In this document: positions 42,080 to 51,020 of the stretch, piece after piece | Position numbering within the stretch: position 1 is the first letter of the stretch | Layout of the letters: each line of letters starts with the position of its first letter | NCBI GenBank assembly: GCA_965205505.1 | Contig: CBDBHB010000009.1 | Coordinates: forward strand, 448,001-512,000 | Length of the DNA: 64,000 nucleotides | From: Acidobacteriota bacterium | GTDB lineage: Bacteria > Acidobacteriota > UBA890 > WLXD01 | Reading direction: 5' to 3' | Program-made: the position numbers and the translations under genes | The notes under the pieces: generated by a model | What the model was told of the DNA's origin: nothing | The model's input: the letters and a program-made list of their open reading frames with translations, nothing else | The model's database searches: none

Positions 42080-43501
42080 TCAGTGCCGTCTGACCGCGCG
42101 CCCCGGGCGCGCGTCGGGAACCAGCTCCCCGCCGTCGACAACGAGCGTCCCGTTCACCATGACGTAGGCGACACCATTGGATGGGATGGTGGGGTCGGTG
42201 TAGGTCGCACGATCGATCACCGTGGCGGCATCGAAGACGGTGATGTCGGCATCGGCGCCGGCCCGCAGGCGTCCCTTGTCGGCCATCGTCGGCACGTAGC
42301 TCTCAAGCCTCTGGGCGGGCTCGATGGTCATCTTGCGCAGCGCCTCCATCAACGTAAGCACCTCCTCCTCGCGAACGTACTTGCCGAGAACCCGGGAATA
42401 GGTTCCGGAGGTACGAGGGTGCCCTATTCCGGCGACGATGTAGCCGTCGCTGGCGATCATGGTGAGAGGGTTTCCGATGGCGATACGGGTCATCTCCGGA
42501 GTGCGACTGTGGATGATGACCTCGCCGCCCTCTTGTCTGAAGCGCTCGAAGCTGTCACGCGCCAGACGCTCACCGGTCCGCACCCACTGATAGGTCGCGA
42601 ACTCGTCGTCATCCCACGATTCCCAGTCGTCGAAGAGGGCAGACTCGATCTCGGTCATGCCCGCCTCGTAGGGGTACATCTCGGTGGTGACGTCCTGTCC
42701 GGTGGCGCGGGCCTCCTCGATCATGGCGAGGAACTCGGCGATGGAGGCGCCACCAATGGAGTTCGCATGCACCACGTGGAGCGCGGCTCCGGTTCGAGAA
42801 GCGCCCTCGATCGCCGCTCGCAGACCGTCGAGTCCGGCACCGACATGGATATGTGAGGAGGCACCGGGCGCGGCGGCGACCCGGAGCATGGCTTCGAACT
42901 CGGCCACGCTGGCTGCTGGCGTATACGCCATACCGAAGCCGACCGCGGCCGCTCCCTCCAGCAAGCCCTGCTCGATGCGGCTTGCCATCTCGGCGATCTG
43001 CTCGTCGGTGGCTCGCTCCTGGCCTCCCGGTCCGCTGGGCAGGAAATTCCCTTGGTCGCCCATCACCGCCATGCGCACCCGTATGTGCCCAATGCTCACG
43101 CCGTAGTTGACGATCTGACCTCCCTCACGCTCGGCGTACCAGCCGGGAACGTCCTCGGTGCCCACCTCGAGCTCCAGCGCGGTGGTCACACCGTCGCGCA
43201 CCATTAGACTAAAGGCTTCTTCGGACTGCCCGTGGACCTGCAGGTCGATGAATCCGGGGGCAACAACGAGCCCAGAGACATTGATGAGCCGCTCTGCGTC
43301 GAGGTCGCGTTCGCTGATCGTCTCGATACGGCCGCCCCGAATGCCGACGTTCCGTACCGCGTCCAGACCCGACTCCGGGTCCATTACTCGACCACCCAGC
43401 AACACAAGGTCGTAGCGTTCGGCGGGGGCGTCGGAGGGGGCGCAGCCGAACGCAGCGAGCACCAGCAGCCCCGCCACGCAACCGGCAGCCGACCGAGTCA
43501 T
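42080..43501 (-). CDS. N-acyl-D-amino-acid/D-glutamate deacylase-like amidohydrolase
   Basis: APGFIDLQVH, IASDG, HPRTSGTY and ADADITVFD motifs; lipobox. Confidence 0.8.
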   Translation of the reverse strand: MTRSAAGCVAGLLVLAAFGCAPSDAPAERYDLVLLGGRVMDPESGLDAVRNVGIRGGRIETISERDLDAERLINVSGLVVAPGFIDLQVHGQSEEAFSLMVRDGVTTALELEVGTEDVPGWYAEREGGQIVNYGVSIGHIRVRMAVMGDQGNFLPSGPGGQERATDEQIAEMASRIEQGLLEGAAAVGFGMAYTPAASVAEFEAMLRVAAAPGASSHIHVGAGLDGLRAAIEGASRTGAALHVVHANSIGGASIAEFLAMIEEARATGQDVTTEMYPYEAGMTEIESALFDDWESWDDDEFATYQWVRTGERLARDSFERFRQEGGEVIIHSRTPEMTRIAIGNPLTMIASDGYIVAGIGHPRTSGTYSRVLGKYVREEEVLTLMEALRKMTIEPAQRLESYVPTMADKGRLRAGADADITVFDAATVIDRATYTDPTIPSNGVAYVMVNGTLVVDGGELVPDARPGRAVRRH

Positions 43502-43512
43502 CGTCGTCCTCC

Positions 43513-43908
43513 TCAGCCGCCGATCGGCGTGCAGAGCTCGAGAAGAATCCCCGACGGGGAGCGAACGTACGAGACCACCTGACCCCAGGGCTTTGTTTCG
43601 GGTGCCTTGAGCTCGGTGGCGCCGTTGTCCAGAGCTGCCCGGTGCGCCGCGTCGACGTCGTCGGTGACCAGCGCGATCTCGAGGCCCAGCGGCTTGTCGG
43701 AATCGGAGGCGCTGACGTACCCGTCCGGCAGGTTGGCTTGCCCCATCCCGTGCGAGGCAAAGGCCAACACGGTAGAGCCGGTGTCCATTTCGCCATAATC
43801 ACCGGACTCATGGAGAAAACGGCGAGTCAGGCCGAAGGCGCCCTCGTAGAACCGCAGGGCCGCTTCCACGTTGTCAACGTAGGCGATGGCGTATCCGAAC
43901 TTGATCAT
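43513..43908 (-). CDS. VOC/glyoxalase family protein
   Basis: YVDNV..AL.FY..AFG and KPWGQ..SYVR motifs. Confidence 0.9.
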   Translation of the reverse strand: MIKFGYAIAYVDNVEAALRFYEGAFGLTRRFLHESGDYGEMDTGSTVLAFASHGMGQANLPDGYVSASDSDKPLGLEIALVTDDVDAAHRAALDNGATELKAPETKPWGQVVSYVRSPSGILLELCTPIGG

Positions 43909-43910
43909 GT

Positions 43911-45905
43911 TTAGTCATTTAGGTCGAACGCCAGCAACACGTTGCCTGGCGCGCCGCCGAGAATCGCGTACCCGGAGCCCACGTACAGCATTCCATCGAC
44001 GATCGACGGGCCGGCGCCGCCAAAGCCACCCCCGAAGCCCTCGATCCCGTTGATGGTCTCGTAGTCATGCAGCGTCTTGAACTCCCAGAGGATGCTGCCG
44101 TCTTCGGACGAGAACGAGCGCATGATGCCGTCGCGCGAGCCCGTGAAGACGGCGCCCTCGATAGCGCTCGCCGCGGCCCAGTTACCCGAGTGGCACGTTT
44201 CGGTCGACTCCGGATCCTCACAGTCGGTGCGCTGAGGAATCGGCGTGTGCCAGACGCGGGAGCCGTCTTCGACGCGGAGCGCGGCGATGCTGCCGCTGCC
44301 GTCCGCGAAGGGCAACGGCTTGAAGTAGTACTTGCCGTTGAAGGCTCCGCCGAACCCGGCGTTCGAGGCGGCCATCGTGTCGCCCGCCTGTGCAACCCAC
44401 AAGATGGCACCGTCGTTGTCGGGATCGAGTGCGGTGACCCGACCGCTCTCCTGCCCCTGGATCAGGATCCGTCGGCCGTCGGCGAGCGTGTGCAGCACGG
44501 GTGACCCTGACGGATCGTCGTCGGGACCGTTGACGAAGCCAGGGCAATTGACGCGTATCTCTTCTGCCGTCATCCCGCAGCCACCACCGTGCCGGTCGTA
44601 GACGACCCGCAGCAGCTGTGTCCACCAAAGCCGCTCGCCGGTGTCCATATCGAAAGCGAAGACGGCGTTGCAGGCGCCGTCGTCGTAACGGTTCTCGTCC
44701 TCGAAGAACTCGGTGATGTAACAGTTGCCCGCGGTCGCATAGAGCTTGCGGTTTTCGAGGTCGAGGGTCGGGGCGTTCCACACCGCCGCTCCGGCCGGCC
44801 CCCAGAGCTGCGTGCCGGCGGCGTTCGTGCCAAGCGGCTTCGCAGGTTCGGGGAACGTGTAGGTCGCCCAGATTTTCTCGCCCGTGTTTACGTCAACGGC
44901 GACGACGCTGCCCTGGAACTTGCAGCATCCGTACTCGAGCGCCATGCCGGGCATCTCCTCCCAGGAGGCCACTCCGACATACAGATGGCCGCCAGGCGAC
45001 GGATCGAGTGTCGGCGGACCGGTCATCTTCGAGGCGGGATGGTCGTCGGGCCGCATCGTCCACAGCTTCTCGCCGGTCTCGGCGTCGACCGCGCTGACGT
45101 AGCCCATGTAATCGCCGAACATTGCCGCGTAGCGCACGCCCGGCACCTCGGTCACCTCGCCGATGCTGATCGCGGTGCGCACCTGACCCGGTGCCTCGAA
45201 CGACCAGTGCACACAGCCCGTCTTGGCATCGAGCGCATAGACGAAATTGTTGTCGCTACCGATGAACAGTGCTCCGTCAACGACGGTCGGCTGCGCCCAT
45301 GCAGCCGACGCGGCGCCAGGGAACGCGAATGCCCATTTGAGCTTCAAGTTCGAGGCCTGGGCGCCGGTGAAGCCGGCGGCGGCCTGCGGCTGGAACCGGT
45401 ACGACCGCGTCGGGTCCGGAGCCCAACCGTTCCACGCTGGCTTCGAAAAGGGATCGTCCAGACGCAGCGGGCTGGCGCACGGGTTGCTCATGGCGTCGGC
45501 CGTCCGATCGGCGATGCCGCCTAACGGCTTGCCGCTCGCCAGCTCTGCCATCGCGCGTAGCTGCTCCTCGTTGAATTCCGGCACGAACTCTGCCATCGGC
45601 CCGGTGGTGAGCGCCTGCAGGATGCGCTCTGGATCCATGCGTCGCAGCGCCTCGCGGCTCGGGGCGCGCATTTCGGGGTCGTTGCTTTCGTGACAGTTGA
45701 TACAAAACCACTCGAAATACGGGACCATGCCGGCCATGGATGCGTCGCCTGGCCGTCGGAATTCCTCCTGCGGCTGCAGTGTGACGGTCGAACGGACCGT
45801 TGGCAGCGCGTCAGCGGCTGAAGGGACCGTGTACAGCGCCAGTGCGGTGAAAAAGATGAACGCAACGACGGCGCTCAATGACATCAAGGTGCGACTGAAC
45901 ATCAC
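43911..45905 (-). CDS. Quinohemoprotein PQQ-dependent dehydrogenase (polyvinyl-alcohol dehydrogenase-like), paralog 2
   Basis: N-terminal CINCH heme motif, LKLKWAF, GCCKFQGSV, GAAVWNAPT, C-terminal GNVLLAF. Confidence 0.85.
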   Translation of the reverse strand: MMFSRTLMSLSAVVAFIFFTALALYTVPSAADALPTVRSTVTLQPQEEFRRPGDASMAGMVPYFEWFCINCHESNDPEMRAPSREALRRMDPERILQALTTGPMAEFVPEFNEEQLRAMAELASGKPLGGIADRTADAMSNPCASPLRLDDPFSKPAWNGWAPDPTRSYRFQPQAAAGFTGAQASNLKLKWAFAFPGAASAAWAQPTVVDGALFIGSDNNFVYALDAKTGCVHWSFEAPGQVRTAISIGEVTEVPGVRYAAMFGDYMGYVSAVDAETGEKLWTMRPDDHPASKMTGPPTLDPSPGGHLYVGVASWEEMPGMALEYGCCKFQGSVVAVDVNTGEKIWATYTFPEPAKPLGTNAAGTQLWGPAGAAVWNAPTLDLENRKLYATAGNCYITEFFEDENRYDDGACNAVFAFDMDTGERLWWTQLLRVVYDRHGGGCGMTAEEIRVNCPGFVNGPDDDPSGSPVLHTLADGRRILIQGQESGRVTALDPDNDGAILWVAQAGDTMAASNAGFGGAFNGKYYFKPLPFADGSGSIAALRVEDGSRVWHTPIPQRTDCEDPESTETCHSGNWAAASAIEGAVFTGSRDGIMRSFSSEDGSILWEFKTLHDYETINGIEGFGGGFGGAGPSIVDGMLYVGSGYAILGGAPGNVLLAFDLND

Positions 45906-46039
45906 TGTTCCTCCGTCGGACAGCTCCAGGTACCGTCGGGGCGGATCTTAGGGATGGTTCCGCAGTGAGACAAGAGGGGCGACAAGTTTGCGGCTGGGCG
46001 GTCAGGCGAGCCTGCTCAGAACGTTTTCCTGCCTCCTAC

Positions 46040-47983
46040 TCACTCCAAGCCGAACGCCAACAGGACGTTTCCCGGCGCGCCGCCGAGGATCGCGTAGCCG
46101 GAGCCCACATACAGCATGCCGTCGACGATCGACGGGGCGGCACCGCCGAAGCCGCCGCCGAAGCCCGCGACGCCGTTGATGGTGTCGAAGTCGCGCCTGC
46201 TGTTGAACTCCCACTGAACGCTGCCGTCCTCGGTCGAGAAGGAGCGCAGCACCCCGTCGCGTGAGCCGGTGAAGACGGCGCCAGGGATGGCGCTCGCCGC
46301 CGCCCAGTTGCCGGAGTGACACGTCTTGGTCGAGTCCGGATCCTCACAGTCGGTACGCTGCGGGACCGGCGTGTGCCAGACACGAGATCCGTCAGCTGCC
46401 CGGAGCGCCGCGATGCTGCCGCTGCCGTCCTCGAAGGGAAGCGGCTTGAAGTAGTACTCGCCGTCGAACGCGCCGCCGAAGCCGCCGTTCGCTGCCCCCA
46501 GTTCATCGCCGGCTTGCGCTACCCAGAGGATGGCGCCGTCGTTGTCGGGATCGAGGGCGGTGACCCGCCCGCTCTCCTGACCCTGGATCAGGATGCGGCG
46601 GCCATCCGCGAGCGTGTGCAGTATGGGCGATCCCGAGGGGTCATCGTCGCGACCGTCGACATAGCCGGGGCAGTTGATGCGCTGCTGCTCGGGAGTCATT
46701 CCACAGCCGCCCCCATGCGGATCATGGGCTAGGAGCTGTGTCCACCAGAGGCGCTCACCGCTGTCCATATCGAACGCGAAGACGGCGTCGCAGGCACCAT
46801 CGTCGAAGCCGAAGCGCTCCTCGAAAAACTCGGTGATGTAGCAGTTTCCGGCGGTCGCATAGAGCTTGCGGTTGTCGAGATCGAGCGTCGGCGCGTTCCA
46901 CACCGCCGCCCCTGCGGGCCCCCAGAGTTGTGTGCCGGCGGCGTTCTTGCGAAGCGGTTTCGGACGCTCGTGGAACGTGTAGGTCGCCCACACTTTCTCG
47001 CCCGTATTAACGTCGACCGCGACGACGCTGCCCTGGAACTTGCAGCACCCGTATTCGATCGCCATCCCGGGAATCTCCTCCCAGGACGCTACACCGACAT
47101 ACAGATGACCGCCCGGCGACGGGTCGAGCGTCGGCGGCCCGGTCATCTTGGCGGCCGGATGGTCGTCCGGACGCATCGTCCACAGCTTCTCGCCGGTCTC
47201 AGCGTTGACCGCCGTGACGTAGCCCATGTAGTCGCCGAACATCGCCGCGTAACGCACACCCGGCACCTCGGTCACCTCGCCGATGCTCACCGCGGTACGC
47301 ACCTGCCCGGGTGCCTCGAACGACCAGTGCACGCATCCGGTCTTTGCATCGAGCGCGTAGACGAAGTTGTTGTCGCTGCCGAGAAACAGCGCGCCGCCGA
47401 CGACGGTGGGTTGCGCCCAGGCAGCCGAAGCGGCACCGGGGATGGCGAACGCCCACTTGAGCTTCAGGTCGGAGACCTCGGCGCCGGTGAGGCCGGCGGC
47501 CTCCTGTGGCTGGAAGCGGTAGGACCTCGTCGGGTCAGGTGTCCAGCCGTTCCACCCTGGCTGGGCAAAGGGGTCGTCGAACCGCAACGGACTGGCGCAA
47601 GGGTTGCTCATTGCGGCGGCGGTGCGCTCGGCGACGCCGCCGAATGGCTTACCGCTCACCAGCTCCGCCATCGCCCGTAGCCTCTCGTCGTCGAAGTTCG
47701 GCACAAATTCGGCCATCGGCCCGGCGGTGAGCGCTTGAAGAACGCGCTCCGGGTCCATCAACCTGAGCGTCTCGCGGCTCGGTGCGCGATTGTCCGGATC
47801 CGTGCTCTCGTGGCAGGTGGCGCAGGCAAGCTCGAAGAACACCACCATGCCAGCCGTGGAGGCGTCGGGCAGTGGCCGTTGCCGCTGCGCCGATGCGATC
47901 GAAGGCGAGGCGTACAGCTCCAGCGCCAAGACAGCGCCAGGCATCATCACGGCACTTGTCGACAGCAGAACTCGTCTGAACAT
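46040..47983 (-). CDS. Quinohemoprotein PQQ-dependent dehydrogenase (PVA-dehydrogenase-like), paralog 1
   Basis: CATCH heme motif and the same propeller motifs as the adjacent paralog. Confidence 0.85.
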   Translation of the reverse strand: MFRRVLLSTSAVMMPGAVLALELYASPSIASAQRQRPLPDASTAGMVVFFELACATCHESTDPDNRAPSRETLRLMDPERVLQALTAGPMAEFVPNFDDERLRAMAELVSGKPFGGVAERTAAAMSNPCASPLRFDDPFAQPGWNGWTPDPTRSYRFQPQEAAGLTGAEVSDLKLKWAFAIPGAASAAWAQPTVVGGALFLGSDNNFVYALDAKTGCVHWSFEAPGQVRTAVSIGEVTEVPGVRYAAMFGDYMGYVTAVNAETGEKLWTMRPDDHPAAKMTGPPTLDPSPGGHLYVGVASWEEIPGMAIEYGCCKFQGSVVAVDVNTGEKVWATYTFHERPKPLRKNAAGTQLWGPAGAAVWNAPTLDLDNRKLYATAGNCYITEFFEERFGFDDGACDAVFAFDMDSGERLWWTQLLAHDPHGGGCGMTPEQQRINCPGYVDGRDDDPSGSPILHTLADGRRILIQGQESGRVTALDPDNDGAILWVAQAGDELGAANGGFGGAFDGEYYFKPLPFEDGSGSIAALRAADGSRVWHTPVPQRTDCEDPDSTKTCHSGNWAAASAIPGAVFTGSRDGVLRSFSTEDGSVQWEFNSRRDFDTINGVAGFGGGFGGAAPSIVDGMLYVGSGYAILGGAPGNVLLAFGLE

Positions 47984-48027
47984 TGCTGAATCTCCCTTTG
48001 AACGGCCTGGCCCCAAAACTGGCCTGT

Positions 48028-48051
48028 TAGTGGCCTGTTACAGGCCACTAG
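48028..48051. repeat. Palindrome formed by two fused MITE ends
   Basis: tagtggcctgt-t-acaggccacta(g); the arms match the MITE TIR tip at 50710. Confidence 0.7.
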
Positions 48052-49262
48052 ACTAGCCTGGCCAGAACGCCTAGCAGCCTCGCCACGTCGGCCCGATTGT
48101 TGAACAGCGCCACCGCTGCGCGTAGTAGCCGGCCGTCTTCCTGGAACGTGACCGGGACGTGGTCCGCCCTGAGTGCTTTGAGCAATTTCTCAGGATCCAG
48201 CCCGTGGTAGAAGCTGACGATCGGCGAGGTATTGTCCGGCGGCGTAAATAGATCGAGGCCGAGCTCGGCGACTCCCGCGCGCAGCTCGCCAGCTAGCGCA
48301 ACGGTGTGTCGTTCGATGCGATCGAGCCCCACGTCCTCGAGCACGGTCAGCGCTGCGTCCATGGCGGCCATGGCGCCATACGACACGTTGGCGTATTCGA
48401 ACTTCTCGGCTGTCGTCTTGAGAAGAAAGTGATGATCCAGAAGGTTCTCGGCGACCTGACCGTGGCCGTAGCGGTCGGGTGTCATCCATTCGAGATGCTC
48501 CCGGCGAACGTACAGGGGCGCACAGCCGAAATCGGCGAACAGCCACTTGTAACCGTTGCCACAGGCGAAATCGGCGCCCTCGTCATGGAGATTGGTCGTG
48601 AAGGTACCGAAGGCGTGAATCGCGTCGGCGTAGAGGTAGGCGCCATTGGCGTGGGCAAGCTCACCGAGCGACGGCAGGTGGTGGCGAAATCCGTTGCGGT
48701 TCGAGACCCAGGCGACGCTGATCAATCGCGTGCGGCCGTCGACACGGGCCTCGAAGTCCTCGATGCGCGCCCGTCCGCCATGCGAAGGCACGATGCGCAA
48801 CTCGACTCCGGAGCGCTTCTGGAGCTCGCGATAGAGGACGAAGCTGGTGGTGAAATGAAGCTCATCGAGCACGACGTTGTCGCCCGCTTTCCAGTCAATG
48901 GCGCCGACCACGATGTTTTCGCCGTCGCTAGTGGCGTAGAGAAACGCGATCTCGTCCTCGTCGGCGCCGAAGAGCGCGGCGAACTTGGCACGGGCGCGCT
49001 CTTTTGCCGCGCGGCGGCTCGCCGGGTTCCGGTAGAGCATCTTCTCGTCCGCGTATGCCACCAGCGTGTTGCGAACGGTTCGCGACAGCGGGCCGAGCGA
49101 CGCGGTATTGAGATAGGCCAGCTCGTCGGTGACCGGGAACTCGGAACGCACCCCGAGCGGATCGTCCTCGGACGGCGACGCGAGCCCGCGTGTCGTCGGC
49201 AGCGCCGCGAGCCCGGTGATCGCGGTCGTTCTCAGGAAGTTGCGACGGCTCAGAGCATTCAC
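48048..49262 (-). CDS. Class V PLP-dependent aminotransferase/desulfurase-like, Tat signal
   Basis: SRRNFL, YLNTAS, DAIH and GYKWL motifs. Confidence 0.85.
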   Translation of the reverse strand: MNALSRRNFLRTTAITGLAALPTTRGLASPSEDDPLGVRSEFPVTDELAYLNTASLGPLSRTVRNTLVAYADEKMLYRNPASRRAAKERARAKFAALFGADEDEIAFLYATSDGENIVVGAIDWKAGDNVVLDELHFTTSFVLYRELQKRSGVELRIVPSHGGRARIEDFEARVDGRTRLISVAWVSNRNGFRHHLPSLGELAHANGAYLYADAIHAFGTFTTNLHDEGADFACGNGYKWLFADFGCAPLYVRREHLEWMTPDRYGHGQVAENLLDHHFLLKTTAEKFEYANVSYGAMAAMDAALTVLEDVGLDRIERHTVALAGELRAGVAELGLDLFTPPDNTSPIVSFYHGLDPEKLLKALRADHVPVTFQEDGRLLRAAVALFNNRADVARLLGVLARLV

Positions 49263-49406
49263 GAGGATCTCTCCCGACTGGGTACCTGGCTCGAGTTTCT
49301 ATCTACTAGATGAGATGAGAAGGCCAACCTCCTGAACGCAGTAGCCTGACGGCTCTGCAAACGTTTCTTCAAACGTAACGGGCTCGAAGCCCAAGGAGGT
49401 TGGCCG

Positions 49407-50449
49407 ATGAGGAGTGTAACGATTGGACTGGACGTAAGCGACCGGTACAGCCGTATGTGCGTGCTCGACAGTAAGGGCAGGGTGATGGAGGAAGGGCGGG
49501 TGAGGACGAGCCCGGAGGGGCTGGCGAGGCGGTTCGGGTGCGAGGAGCCCGCTCGAGTAGTGCTGGAGGTTGGAACGCACTCGCCGTGGATGAGTGAGCA
49601 GTTGAAGCAACTGGGTCATGAGGTGCTGGTGGCTAACCCGAGGCGGCTGAAGCTGATCTATGGCGAGCACGGACCGACCGGTTGGATGCCGAGCACCTGG
49701 CACGAGTGGGCAGAATGGACCCAAAGCTGCTTAAGACGGTGCAGCATCGAGGCAGACAAGCGCGAGCGGATCTAGCCGTGATTCGGAGCCGAGATGCTCT
49801 GGTAAAGAGCCGCACGCAGTTGGTGAGCCATGTGCGTGGTGCGGTCAAGTCGGCCGGTTGTCGTATTCCCAGGTGCTCGACGCCGGCGTTCGCGCGCACC
49901 GCGCCAGAGCACATACCGGAGCGGCTCAAGGGAGCGCTCGAGCCGGTGCTTGAAACGATCGCCATGCTGACGGGCAACATCCAGCAATACGAGCGTCAGA
50001 TCGTGCAGCTGTGCCAGGGGCGATACCCGGAGACACAGCAGCTCCAGCAAGTGGCCGGGGTCGGAGCTCTGACCGCACTGGCGTATGTGCTGACGCTCGA
50101 GGAGCCGGAACGGTTCAATACCTCCAGAGCCGTGGGCCCGTACCTGGGACTGAGACCGAAGAAACGGCAGTCGGGGGACAAGGACCCTGCGCTACGAATA
50201 ACCAAGGCGGGCGACAAAATGCTCCGACGCCTGTTGGTGGGCTCGGCGCATTACATCCTGGGCCCCTTCGGGCCCGATACTGAGCTCAGACGCTGGGGGC
50301 TCAAGCTGGCCGGACGCGGTGGTCCTCATGGCAACAAAAAGGCAGCAGTTGCTGTCGCCCGTAAGCTCGCCGTTGTGCTGCACCGACTGTGGCTGAGTGG
50401 AGACGAGTACGAACCGTTGCGCGCACCTGTAGAGGTTTCAGCAGCATGA
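49407..50449 (+). CDS. IS110 DEDD recombinase (frameshift near 49670)
   Basis: IGLDVS, VLEVG, (K)TDRLDA, GVG, YLGL.P..RQSG and VAVARKL motifs. Confidence 0.9.
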
Positions 50450-50695
50450 ACTAACCCGCAACCAGGAGGTCGGTAGGGCGACGCGACCCAACGGTTATCG
50501 ATCTGACCGCCCGGTCCGGGCGACTGCGAAGGTCACTACGAGCTTCGAGCTCGGCAGCTAGATTGCAGCGCCTCGAATCGGGACGGACCCCAGAATGCAC
50601 CGGACGACCTGAATCCTCGTCCACCAGAGTGCGAATAGGAGCATGGCGTGCAGATCGATTCTTCGCTGGGCACCACATTGCCCTTGACCGAACTA
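50450..50695 (+). ncRNA. Putative bridge/seekRNA of the IS1111-type element
   Basis: Stem-flanked internal loops carrying segments that match the insertion target and the circle junction. Boundaries approximate. Confidence 0.7.
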
Positions 50696-50709
50696 GGCCT
50701 TCTCATAGA

Positions 50710-50986
50710 AGTGGCCTGTAACAGAGGTTCGTTGCATATTGCTGGGACGAGATGGGGGCAAGCTCAAGGCGCGATGAGGATGGCGATGCGGTGCCCATCG
50801 TCGACGAATCGCAACGCTGAGATTGCCCCCATCTCGTCCCAGCCCTCCGGGTGGCCGCGGGACTGGCCACCTCCGGCGTCGGCTCTCCTCTGCGATACGC
50901 TCAGCATCGCCGTCGTCGGGCCTCCTTGGATTCGACTCAGTCGCGCGCGCCACAATATGCAACGAACCTCTGTTACAGGACACTAG
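50710..50986. mobile_element. MITE with about 32-bp TIRs, CTAG-bounded; left tip interrupted by the IS1111
   Basis: agtggcctgtaacagaggttcgttgcatattg (50710-50741) versus caatatgcaacgaacctctgttacaggacact (50953-50984), one mismatch; no transposase. Confidence 0.85.
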
Positions 50987-51020
50987 CGGCCGAGTCGATC
51001 AGGGGTAACGGTCGCGCGCT

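Larger units (their letters stand above)
49308..50709 (+). mobile_element. IS110-family, IS1111-type element
   Basis: Sub-terminal 11-bp IRs atgagaaggcc (49315-49325) and ggccttctcat (50696-50706), set 7 and 3 nt in from the ends. Transposase followed by a long 3' non-coding region. Confidence 0.88.

Noticed and set aside
43911-47983. Diversity-generating retroelement (template/variable repeat pair)
   Set aside because: Similarity spans whole genes, differences are not adenine-specific, and there is no reverse transcriptase.
50684-50712. Strong circle-junction promoter of the IS1111
   Set aside because: A -35-like TTGACC is present, but the predicted junction -10 (tagaag or gaagat) is a poor match, so it is not called.
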